Below, piece by piece: positions 14,101-25,890 of a stretch of 64,000 bases of DNA (position 1 is the stretch's first letter; the number at the start of each line of letters is the position of its first letter). Where the stretch lies: contig CAXHJY010000105.1 of NCBI GenBank assembly GCA_964016885.1, forward strand, positions 124,001 through 188,000, in the 5' to 3' direction. Position numbers and translations under genes: made by a program. Under the pieces are notes generated by a model. It did no database searches. It had not been told where the DNA came from and saw nothing but the letters and a program-made list of their open reading frames with translations. This DNA is from Eledone cirrhosa. Its lineage: Eukaryota.

Positions 14101-17100
14101 GTTCACTGGTGTGTGTCTGTGTGTGGTGTGTAGATAGTTAGGTTCACTGGTGTGTGTCTGTGTGTGGTGTGTATATAGTTAGGTTCACTGGTGTGTGTCT
14201 GTGTGTGGTGTGTATATAGTTAGTTTCACTGGTGTGTGTCTGTGTGTGGTGTGTAGATAGTTAGGTTCACTGGTGTGTGTCTGTGTGTGGTGTGTATATA
14301 GTTAGGTTCACTGGTGTGTGTCTGTGTGTGGTGTGTATATAGTTAGGTTCACTGGTGTGTCTCTGTGTGTGGTGTGTATATAGTTAGGTTCACTGGTGTG
14401 TGTCTGTGTGGTGTGTGGATAGTTAGGTTCACTGGTGTGTGTCTGTGTGGTTTGTATATAGTTAGGTTCACTGGTGTGTGTCTGTGGTGTGTATATAGTT
14501 AGTTTCACTGGTGTGTGTCTGTGTGTAGTGTGTAGATAGTTAGGTTCACTGGTGTGTGTCTGTGGTGTGTATATAGTTAGGTTCACTGGTGTGTGTCTGT
14601 GTGTGGTGTGTAGATAGTTAGGTTCACTTGTGTGTGTCTGTGTGTGGTGTGTATATAGTTAGGTTCACTGGTGAGTGTGTGGTGTGTATATAGTTAGGTT
14701 CACTGCTGTGTGTCTGTGTGTGGTGTGTATATAGTTAGGTTCACTGGTGTGTGTCTGTGTGGAGTGTATATAGTTAGGTTCACTGGTGTGTGTCTGTGTG
14801 GTGTGTAGATAGTTAGGTTCACTGGTGTGTGTCTGTGTGTGGTGTGTATATAGTTAGGTTCACTGGTGTGTGTGTGTGTGGTGTGTATATAGTTAGGTTC
14901 ACTGGTGTGTGTCTGTGTGTGGTGTGTATATAGTTAGGTTCACTGGTGTGTGTCTGTGTGTGGTGTGTAGATAGTTAGGTTCACTGGTGTGTGTCTGTGT
15001 GTGGTGTGTAGCTAGTTAGGTTCACTGGTGTGTGTCTGTGTGTGGTGTGTATATAGTTAGGTTCACTGGTGTGTGTGTGGTGTGTATATAGTTAGGTTCA
15101 CTGGTGTGTGTCTGTGTGTGGTGTGTATATAGTTAGGTTCACTGGTGTGTGTCTGTGGTGTGTAGATAGTTAGGTTCACTGCTGTGTGTCTGTGTGTGGT
15201 GTATAGATAGTTAGGTTCACTGGTGTGTGTCTGTGTGTGGTGTGTAGATAGTTAGGTTCACTGGTGTGTGTCTGTGTGGTGTATAGATAGTTAGGTTCAC
15301 TGGTGTGTGTCTGTGTGTGGTGTGTAGATAGTTAGGTTCACTGGTGTGTGTCTGTGTATTGTGTAGATAGTTAGGTTCACTGGTGTGTGTCTGTGTGGTG
15401 TGTAGATAGTTAGGCTCACTGGTGTGTGTCTGTGTGTGGTGTGTACATAGTTAGGTTCACTGGTGTGTGTCTGTGTGGTGTGTGGATATTTAGGTTCACT
15501 GGTGTGTGTCTGTGTGGTGTGTAGATAGTTAGGTTCACTGGTGTGTGTCTGTGTGTGGTGTGTAGATAGTTAGGTTCACTGGTGTGTGTCTGTGTGGTGT
15601 GTATATAGTTAGGTTCACTGGTGTGTGTCTGTGTGGTGTGTGGATAGTTAGGTTCACTGGTGTGTGTCTTTGTGGTGTGTAGATAGTTAGGTTCACTGGT
15701 GTGTGTCTGTGTGTGGTGTGTAGATAGTTAGGTTCAGTGGTGTGTGTCTCTGTGTGGTGTGTATGTAGTTAGGTTCACTGGTGTGTGTCTGTGTGTGGTG
15801 TGTAGATAGATAGGTTCACTGGTGTGTGTCTGTGTGTGGTGTGTATATAGTTAGGTTCACTGGTGTGTGTCTGTGTGGTGTGTATATAGTTAGGTTCACT
15901 GGTGTGTGTGTGGTGTGTATATAGTTAGGTTCACTGGTGTGTGTCTGTGTGTGGTGTGTATATAGCTAGGTTCACTGGTGTGTGTCTGTGTGTGGTGTGT
16001 ATATAGTTAGCTTCACTGGCGTGTGTCTGTGTGTGGTGTGTATATAGTTAGGTTCACTGGTGTGTGTCTGTGTGTTGTGTATATAGATAGGTTCACTGGT
16101 GTGTGTCTGTGTGTGGTGTGTAGATAGTTAGGTTCACTGGTGTGTGTCTGTGTGGTGTGTATATAGTTAGGTTCACTGGTGTGTGTCTGTGTGTGGTGTG
16201 TATATAGTTAGGTTCACTGGTGTGTGTCTGTGTGTGGTGTGTATATAGTTAGGTTCACTGGTGTGTGTCTGTGTGTGGTGTGTATATAGTTAGGTTCACT
16301 GGTGTGTGTCTGTGTGTGGTGTGTATATAGTTAGGTTCACTGGTGTGTGTCTGTGTGTGGTGTGTAGATAGTTAGTTTCACTGGTGTGTGTCTGTGTGTG
16401 GTGTGTAGATAGTTAGGTTCACTGGTGTGTGTCTGTGTGTGGTGTGTATATAGTTAGGTTCACTGGTGTGTGTCTGTGTGTGGTGTGTATATAGTTAGGT
16501 TCACTGGTGTGTCTCTGTGTGTGGTGTGTATATAGTTAGGTTCACTGGTGTGTGTTTGTGTGGTGTGTGGATAGTTAGGTTCACTGGTGTGTGTCTGTGT
16601 GGTGTGTATATAGTTAGGTTCACTGGTGTGTGTCTGTGGTGTGTATATAGTTAGTTTCACTGGTGTGTGTCTGTGTGTAGTGTGTAGATAGTTAGGTTCA
16701 CTGGTGTGTGTCTGTGTGGTGTATAGATAGTTAGGTTCACTGGTGTGTGTCTGTGTGTGGTGTGTAGATAGTTAGGTTCACTGGTGTGTGTCTGTGTATT
16801 GTGTAGATAGTTAGGTTCACTGGTGTGTGTCTGTGTGGTGTGTAGATAGTTAGGCTCACTGGTGTGTGTCTGTGTGTTGTGTGTAGATAGTTAGGTTCAC
16901 TGGTGTGTGTCTGTGTGGTGTGTGGATATTTAGGTTCACTGGTGTGTGTCTGTGTGGTGTGTAGATAGTTAGGTTCACTGGTGTGTGTCTGTGTGTGGTG
17001 TGTAGATAGTTAGGTTCACTGGTGTGTGTCTGTGTGGTGTGTATATAGTTAGGTTCATTGGTGTGTGTCTGTGTGGTGTGTGGATAGTTAGGTTCACTGG

Positions 17101-17886
17101 TGTGTCTGTGTGGTGTGTAGATAGTTAGGTTCACTGGTGTGTGTCTGTGTGTGGTGTGTAGATAGTTAGGTTCACTGGTGTGTGTCTCTGTGTGGTGTGT
17201 ATGTAGTTAGGTTCACTGGTGTGTGTCTGTGTGTGGTGTGTAGATAGATAGGTTCACTGGTGTGTGTCTGTGTGTGGTGTGTATATAGTTAGGTTCACTG
17301 GTGTGTGTGTGGTGTGTATATAGTTAGGTTCACTGATGTGTGTCTGTGTGTGGTGTGTAGATAGTTAGGTTCACTGGTATGTGTCTGTGTGTGGTGTGTA
17401 GATAGTTAGGTTCACTGGTATGTGTCTGTGTGTGGTGTGTATATAGTTAGGTTCACTGGTGTGTGTGTGGTGTGTATATAGTTAGGTTCACTGGTGTGTG
17501 TCTGTGTGTGTTGTGTATATAGTTAGGTTCACTGGTGTGTGTGTGGTGTGTATATAGTTAGGTTCACTGTTATGTGTCTGTGTGTGGTGTGTAGATAGTT
17601 AGGTTCACTGGTGTGTGTCTGTGTGTGGTGTGTATATAGTTAGGTTCACTGGTGTGTGTGTGGTATGTATATAGTTAGGTTCACTGGTGTGTGTCTGTGT
17701 GTGGTGTGTATATAGTTAGGTTCATTGGTGTGTGTCTGTGTGTGGTGTGTATATAGTTAGGTTCACTGGTGTGTGTCTGTGTGTGGTGTGTATATAGTTA
17801 GGTTCACTGATGTGTCTCTGTGTGTGGTGTGTATATAGTTAGGGTCACTGGTGTGTGTCTGTGTGTGGTGTGTATATAGTTAGGTT
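4879..17886 (+). repeat. Dispersed higher-order duplication, offset 9863 then 9861 bp (about 4879-8025 repeated at about 14742-17886)
   Basis: Shared rare variants: TACATAG 5581/15444, TCAGTGG 5871/15734, CACTGGCG 6151/16014. The offset drops by 2 at a 39-mer vs 37-mer pair (7232/17095). GGGTCA then matches at 7981/17842. Confidence 0.88.
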
Positions 17887-20800
17887 CACTGGTGTGTCTC
17901 TGTGTGTGGTGTGTATATAGTTAGGGTCACTGGTGTGTGTCTGTGTGGTGTGTAGATAGTTAGGTTCACTGGTGTGTGTGTGGTGTGTATATAGTTGGGT
18001 TCACTGGTGTGTGTCTGTGTGGTGTGTATATAGTTAGGTTCACTGGTGTGTGTCTGTGTGTGGTGTGTATATAGTTAGGTTCACTGGTGTGTGTCTGTGT
18101 GTGGTGTGTATATAGTTAGGTTCACTGGTGTGTGTCTGTGTGTGGTGTGTATATAGTTAGGTTCACTGGTGTGTGTCTGTGTGGTGTGTATATAGATAGG
18201 TTCACTGGTGTGTGTCTGTGTGTGGTGTGTAGATAGTTAGGTTCACTGGTGTGTGTCTGTGTGGTGTGTATATAGTTAGGTTCACTGGTGTGTGTCTGTG
18301 TGTGGTGTGTATATAGTTAGGTTCACTGGTGTGTGTCTGTGTGTGGTGTGTATATAGTTAGGTTCACTGGTGTGTGTCTGTGTGTTGTGTGTATATTGTT
18401 AGGTTCACTGGTGTGTGTGTGTGGTGTGTATATAGTTAGGTTCACTGGTGTGTGTCTGTGTGTGGTGTGTAGATAGTTAGGTTCACTGGTGTGTGTCTGT
18501 GTGTGGTGTGTAGATAGTTAGGTTCACTGGTGTGTGTCTGTGTGTGGTGTGTATATAGTTAGGTTCACTGGTGTGTGTGTGGTGTGTATATAGTTAGGTT
18601 CACTGATGTGTGTCTGTGTGTGGTGTGTAGATAGTTAGGTTCACTGGTGTGTGTCTGTGTGTGGTGTGTAGATAGTTAGGTTCACTGGTGTGTGTCTGTG
18701 TGTGGTGTGTATATAGTTAGGTTCACTGGTGTGTGTGTGGTGTGTATATAGTTAGGTTCACTGGTGTGTGTCTGTGTGTGGTGTGTATATAGTTAGGTTC
18801 ACTGGTGTGTGTCTGTGTGGTGTATAGATAGTTAGGTTCACTGGTGTGTGTCTGTGTGGTGTGTATATAGTTAGGTTCACTGGTATGTGTCTGTGTGGTG
18901 TGTGGATAGTTAGGTTCACTGGTGTGTGTCTGTGTGGTGTGTAGATATTTAGGTTCACTGGTGTGTGTCTGTGTGGTGTGTAGATAGTTAGGTTCACTGG
19001 TGTGTGTCTGTGTGTGGTGTGTATGTAGTTAGGTTCACTGGTGTGTGTCTGTGTGTGGTGTGTATATAGTTAGGTTCACTGGTGTGTGTGTGTGGTGTGC
19101 ATATAGTTAGGTTCACTGGTGTGTGTCTGTGTGTGGTGTGTAGATAGTTAGGTTCACTGGTGTGTGTCTGTGTGTGGTGTGTATATAGTTAGGTTCACTG
19201 GTGTGTGTGTGGTGTGTATATAGTTAGGTTCACTGATGTGTGTCTGTGTGTGGTGTGTAGATAGTTAGGTTCACTGGTATGTGTCTGTGTGTGGCGTGTA
19301 GATAGTTAGGTTCACTGGTATGTGTCTGTGTGTGGTGTGTATATAGTTTGGTTCACTGGTGTGTGTGTGGTGTGTATATAGTTAGGTTCACTGGTGTGTG
19401 TCTGTGTGGTGTGTATATAGTTAGGTTCACTGGTGTGTGTGTGGTGTGTATATAGTTAGGTTCACTGGTATGTGTCTGTGTGTGGTGTGTAGATAGTTAG
19501 GTTCACTGGTGTGTGTCTGTGTGTGGTGTGTATATAGTTAGGTTCACTGGTGTGTGTGTGGTGTGTATATAGTTAGGTTCACTGGTGTGTGTCTGTGTGT
19601 GGTGTGTATATAGATAGGTTCACTGGTGTGTGTCTGTGTGTGGTGTGTATATAGTTAGGTTCACTGGTGTGTGTCTGTGTGTGGTGTGTATATAGTTAGG
19701 TTCACTGGTGTGTCTCTGTGTGTGGTGTGTAGATAGTTAGGTTCACTGGTGTGTGTCTGTGTGTGGTGTGTAGATAGTTAGGTTCACTGGTGTGTGTCTC
19801 TGTGTGGTGTGTATGTAGTTAGGTTCACTGGTGTGTGTCTGTGTGTGGTGTGTAGATAGATAGGTTCACTGGTGTGTGTCTGTGTGTGGTGTGTATATAG
19901 TTAGGTTCACTGGTGTGTGTGTGGTGTGTATATAGTTAGGTTCACTGATGTGTGTCTGTGTGTGGTGTGTAGATAGTTAGGTTCACTGGTATGTGTCTGT
20001 GTGTGGTGTGTAGATAGTTAGGTTCACTGGTATGTGTCTGTGTGTGGTGTGTATATAGTTAGGTTCACTGGTGTGTGTGTGGTGTGTATATAGTTAGGTT
20101 CACTGGTGTGTGTCTGTGTGTGTTGTGTATATAGTTAGGTTCACTGGTGTGTGTGTGGTGTGTATATAGTTAGGTTCACTGTTATGTGTCTGTGTGTGGT
20201 GTGTAGATAGTTAGGTTCACTGGTGTGTGTCTGTGTGTGGTGTGTATATAGTTAGGTTCACTGGTGTGTGTGTGGTATGTATATAGTTAGGTTCACTGGT
20301 GTGTGTCTGTGTGTGGTGTGTATATAGTTAGGTTCATTGGTGTGTGTCTGTGTGTGGTGTGTATATAGTTAGGTTCACTGGTGTGTGTCTGTGTGTGGTG
20401 TGTATATAGTTAGGTTCACTGATGTGTCTCTGTGTGTGGTGTGTATATAGTTAGGGTCACTGGTGTGTGTCTGTGTGTGGTGTGTATATAGTTAGGTTCA
20501 CTGGTGTGTCTCTGTGTGTGGTGTGTATATAGTTAGGGTCACTGGTGTGTGTCTGTGTGGTGTGTAGATAGTTAGGTTCACTGGTGTGTGTGTGGTGTGT
20601 ATATAGTTGGGTTCAATGGTGTGTGTCTGTGTGGTGTGTATATAGTTAGGTTCACTGGTGTGTGTCTGTGTGTGGTGTGTATATAGTTAGGTTCACTGGT
20701 GTGTGTCTGTGTGTGGTGTGTATATAGTTAGGTTCACTGGTGTGTGTCTGTGTGTGGTGTGTATATAGTTAGGTTCACTGGTGTGTGTCTGTGTGGTGTG

Positions 20801-22340
20801 TATATAGATAGGTTCACTGGTGTGTGTCTGTGTGTGGTGTGTAGATAGTTAGGTTCACTGGTGTGTGTCTGTGTGGTGTGTATATAGTTAGGTTCACTGG
20901 TGTGTGTCTGTGTGTGGTGTGTATATAGATAGGTTCACTGGTGTGTGTCTGTGTGTGGTGTGTATATAGTTAGGTTCACTGGTGTGTGTCTGTGTGTTGT
21001 GTGTATATTGTTAGGTTCACTGGTGTGTGTGTGTGGTGTGTATATAGTTAGGTTCACTGGTGTGTGTCTGTGTGTGGTGTGTAGATAGTTAGGTTCACTG
21101 GTGTGTGTCTGTGTGTGGTGTGTAGATAGTTAGGTTCACTGGTGTGTGTCTGTGTGTGGTGTGTATATAGTTAGGTTCACTGGTGTGTGTGTGGTGTGTA
21201 TATAGTTAGGTTCACTGATGTGTGTCTGTGTGTGGTGTGTAGATAGTTAGGTTCACTGGTGTGTGTCTGTGTGTGGTGTGTAGATAGTTAGGTTCACTGG
21301 TGTGTGTCTGTGTGTGGTGTGTATATAGTTAGGTTCACTGGTGTGTGTGTGGTGTGTATATAGTTAGGTTCACTGGTGTGTGTCTGTGTGTGGTGTGTAT
21401 ATAGTTAGGTTCACTGGTGTGTGTCTGTGTGGTGTATAGATAGTTAGGTTCACTGGTGTGTGTCTGTGTGGTGTGTATATAGTTAGGTTCACTGGTATGT
21501 GTCTGTGTGGTGTGTGGATAGTTAGGTTCACTGGTGTGTGTCTGTGTGGTGTGTAGATATTTAGGTTCACTGGTGTGTGTCTGTGTGGTGTGTAGATAGT
21601 TAGGTTCACTGGTGTGTGTCTGTGTGTGGTGTGTATGTAGTTAGGTTCACTGGTGTGTGTCTGTGTGTGGTGTGTATATAGTTAGGTTCACTGGTGTGTG
21701 TGTGTGGTGTGCATATAGTTAGGTTCACTGGTGTGTGTCTGTGTGTGGTGTGTAGATAGTTAGGTTCACTGGTGTGTGTCTGTGTGTGGTGTGTATATAG
21801 TTAGGTTCACTGGTGTGTGTGTGGTGTGTATATAGTTAGGTTCACTGATGTGTGTCTGTGTGTGGTGTGTAGATAGTTAGGTTCACTGGTATGTGTCTGT
21901 GTGTGGCGTGTAGATAGTTAGGTTCACTGGTATGTGTCTGTGTGTGGTGTGTATATAGTTTGGTTCACTGGTGTGTGTGTGGTGTGTATATAGTTAGGTT
22001 CACTGGTGTGTGTCTGTGTGGTGTGTATATAGTTAGGTTCACTGGTGTGTGTGTGGTGTGTATATAGTTAGGTTCACTGGTATGTGTCTGTGTGTGGTGT
22101 GTAGATAGTTAGGTTCACTGGTGTGTGTCTGTGTGTGGTGTGTATATAGTTAGGTTCACTGGTGTGTGTGTGGTGTGTATATAGTTAGGTTCACTGGTGT
22201 GTGTCTGTGTGTGGTGTGTATATAGATAGGTTCACTGGTGTGTGTCTGTGTGTGGTGTGTATATAGTTAGGTTCACTGGTGTGTGTCTGTGTGTGGTGTG
22301 TATATAGTTAGGTTCACTGGTGTGTCTCTGTGTGTGGTGT
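17120..22340 (+). repeat. Head-to-tail tandem duplication of a 2612-bp block
   Basis: Markers offset by 2612: the monomer at 17173/19785, the C of GGCGTG at 19295/21907, and ORF-track peptides at 18758/21370. A third partial copy lies 4950 bp further on (26320, 26857). Confidence 0.9.
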
Positions 22341-25300
22341 GTATATAGTTAGGGTCACTGGTGTGTGTCTGTGTGTGGTGTGTATATAGTTAGGTTCACT
22401 GGTGTGTCTCTGTGTGTGGTGTGTATATAGTTAGGGTCACTGGTGTGTGTCTGTGTGGTGTGTAGATAGTTAGGTTCACTGGTGTGTGTGTGGTGTGTAT
22501 ATAGTTGGGTTCACTGGTGTGTGTCTGTGTGGTGTGTATATAGTTAGGTTCACTGGTGTGTGTGTGGTGTGTATATAGTTGGGTTCACTGGTGTGTGTCT
22601 GTGTGGTGTGTATATAGTTAGGTTCACTGGTGTGTCTCTGTGTGGTGTGTGTATAGTTAGGTTCACTGGTGTGTGTGTGGTGTGTATATAGTTAGGTTCA
22701 CTGGTGTGTGTCTGTGTGTGGTGTGTATATAGTTAGGTTCACTGGTGTGTGTCTGTGTGTGGTGTGTATATAGTTAGGTTCACTGGTGTGTGTCTGTGTG
22801 TGGTGTGTATATAGTTAGGTTCACTGGTGTGTGTCTGTGTGGTGTGTATATAGATAGGTTCACTGGTGTGTGTCTGTGTGTGGTGTGTAGATAGTTAGGT
22901 TCACTGGTGTGTGTCTGTGTGGTGTGTATATAGTTAGGTTCACTGGTGTGTGTCTGTGTGTGGTGTGTATATAGTTAGGTTCACTGGTGTGTGTCTGTGT
23001 GTGGTGTGTATATAGTTAGGTTCACTGGTGTGTGTCTGTGTGTGGTGCGTATATAGTTAGGTTCACTGGTGTGTGTTTGTGTGTGGTGTGTATATAGTTA
23101 GGTTCACTGGTGTGTGTCTGTGTGTGGTGTGTATATAGTTAGGTTCACTGGTGTCTGTCTGTGTGTGGTGTGTATATAGTTAGGTTCACTGGTGTGTGTC
23201 TGTGTTGTGTGTATATTGTTAGGTTCACTGGTGTGTGTGTGTGGTGTGTATATAGTTAGGTTCACTGGTGTGTGTCTGTGTGTGGTGTGTAGATAGTTAG
23301 GTTCACTGGTGTGTGTCTGTGTGTGGTGTGTAGATAGTTAGGTTCACTGGTGTGTGTCTGTGTGTGGTGTGTATATAGTTAGGTTCACTGGTGTGTGTGT
23401 GGTGTGTATATAGTTAGGTTCACTGGTGTGTGTCTGTGTGTGGTGTGTATATAGTTAGGTTCACTGGTGTGTGTGTGGTGTGTATATAGTGAGGTTCACT
23501 GGTGTGTGGTGTGTAGATAGTTAGGTTCACTGGTGTGTGTCTGTATGTGGTGTGTATATAGTTAGGTTCACTGGTGTGTGTCTGTGTGTGGTGTGCATAT
23601 AGTTAGGTTCACTGGTGTGTCTCTGTGTGTGGTGTGTATATAGTTAGGTTCACTGGTGTGTGTCTGTGTGTGGTGTGTATATAGTTAGGTTCACTGGTGT
23701 GTGTCTGTGTGTGGTGTGTATATAGTTAAGTTCACTGGTGTGTGTCTGTGTGTGGTGTGTAGATAGTTAGGTTCAATGGTGTGTGTCTGTGTGGTGTGTA
23801 GTTAGTTAGGCTCACTGGTGTGTGTCTGTGTGTGGTGTGTATATAGTTAGGTTCACTGGTGTGTGTCTGTGTGTGGTGTGTAGATAGTTAGGTTCACTGC
23901 TGTGTGTCTGTGTGTGGTGTGTAGATAGTTAGGTTCACTGGTGTGTGTCTGTGTGGTGTGTGGATAGTTAGGCTCACTAGTGTGTGTCTGTGTGGTGTGT
24001 ATATAGTTAGGTTCACTGGTGTGTGTCTGTGTGTGGTGTGTATATAGTTAGGTTCACTGGTGTGTGTCTGTGTGTGGTGTGTATATAGTTAGGTTCACTG
24101 GTGTGTGTCTGTGTGTGGTGTGTATATAGTTAGGGTCACTGGTGTGTGTCTGTGTGTGGTGTGTATATAGTTAGGTTCACTGGTGTGTCTCTGTGTGTGG
24201 TGTGTATATAGTTAGGGTCACTGGTGTGTGTCTGTGTGGTGTGTAGATAGTTAGGTTCACTGGTGTGTGTGTGGTGTGTATATAGTTGGGTTCACTGGTG
24301 TGTGTCTGTGTGGTGTGTATATAGTTAGGTTCACTGGTGTGTGTGTGGTGTGTATATAGTTGGGTTCACTGGTGTGTGTCTGTGTGGTGTGTATATAGTT
24401 AGGTTCACTGGTGTGTCTCTGTGTGGTGTGTGTATAGTTAGGTTCACTGGTGTGTGTGTGGTGTGTATATAGTTAGGTTCACTGGTGTGTGTCTGTGTGT
24501 GGTGTGTATATAGTTAGGTTCACTGGTGTGTGTCTGTGTGTGGTGTGTATATAGTTAGGTTCACTGGTGTGTGTCTGTGTGTGGTGTGTATATAGTTAGG
24601 TTCACTGGTGTGTGTCTGTGTGGTGTGTATATAGATAGGTTCACTGGTGTGTGTCTGTGTGTGGTGTGTAGATAGTTAGGTTCACTGGTGTGTGTCTGTG
24701 TGGTGTGTATATAGTTAGGTTCACTGGTGTGTGTCTGTGTGTGGTGTGTATATAGTTAGGTTCACTGGTGTGTGTCTGTGTGTGGTGTGTATATAGTTAG
24801 GTTCACTGGTGTGTGTCTGTGTGTGGTGCGTATATAGTTAGGTTCACTGGTGTGTGTTTGTGTGTGGTGTGTATATAGTTAGGTTCACTGGTGTGTGTCT
24901 GTGTGTGGTGTGTATATAGTTAGGTTCACTGGTGTCTGTCTGTGTGTGGTGTGTATATAGTTAGGTTCACTGGTGTGTGTCTGTGTTGTGTGTATATTGT
25001 TAGGTTCACTGGTGTGTGTGTGTGGTGTGTATATAGTTAGGTTCACTGGTGTGTGTCTGTGTGTGGTGTGTAGATAGTTAGGTTCACTGGTGTGTGTCTG
25101 TGTGTGGTGTGTAGATAGTTAGGTTCACTGGTGTGTGTCTGTGTGTGGTGTGTATATAGTTAGGTTCACTGGTGTGTGTGTGGTGTGTATATAGTTAGGT
25201 TCACTGGTGTGTGTCTGTGTGTGGTGTGTATATAGTTAGGTTCACTGGTGTGTGTGTGGTGTGTATATAGTGAGGTTCACTGGTGTGTGGTGTGTAGATA

Positions 25301-25890
25301 GTTAGGTTCACTGGTGTGTGTCTGTATGTGGTGTGTATATAGTTAGGTTCACTGGTGTGTGTCTGTGTGTGGTGTGCATATAGTTAGGTTCACTGGTGTG
25401 TCTCTGTGTGTGGTGTGTATATAGTTAGGTTCACTGGTGTGTGTCTGTGTGTGGTGTGTATATAGTTAGGTTCACTGGTGTGTGTCTGTGTGTGGTGTGT
25501 ATATAGTTAAGTTCACTGGTGTGTGTCTGTGTGTGGTGTGTAGATAGTTAGGTTCAATGGTGTGTGTCTGTGTGGTGTGTAGTTAGTTAGGCTCACTGGT
25601 GTGTGTCTGTGTGTGGTGTGTATATAGTTAGGTTCACTGGTGTGTGTCTGTGTGTGGTGTGTAGATAGTTAGGTTCACTGCTGTGTGTCTGTGTGTGGTG
25701 TGTAGATAGTTAGGTTCACTGGTGTGTGTCTGTGTGGTGTGTGGATAGTTAGGCTCACTAGTGTGTGTCTGTGTGGTGTGTATATAGTTAGGTTCACTGG
25801 TGTGTGTCTGTGTGTGGTGTGTATATAGTTAGGTTCACTGGTGTGTGTCTGTGTGTGGTGTGTATATAGTTAGGTTCACTGGTGTGTGTC
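22330..25890 (+). repeat. Head-to-tail tandem duplication of a 1781-bp block
   Basis: Markers offset by 1781: AGGGTC 22351/24132, the C of GGTGCG 23048/24829, the A of CTGTATG 23545/25326. A more diverged partial third copy has GGTGCG at 28129. Confidence 0.9.
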
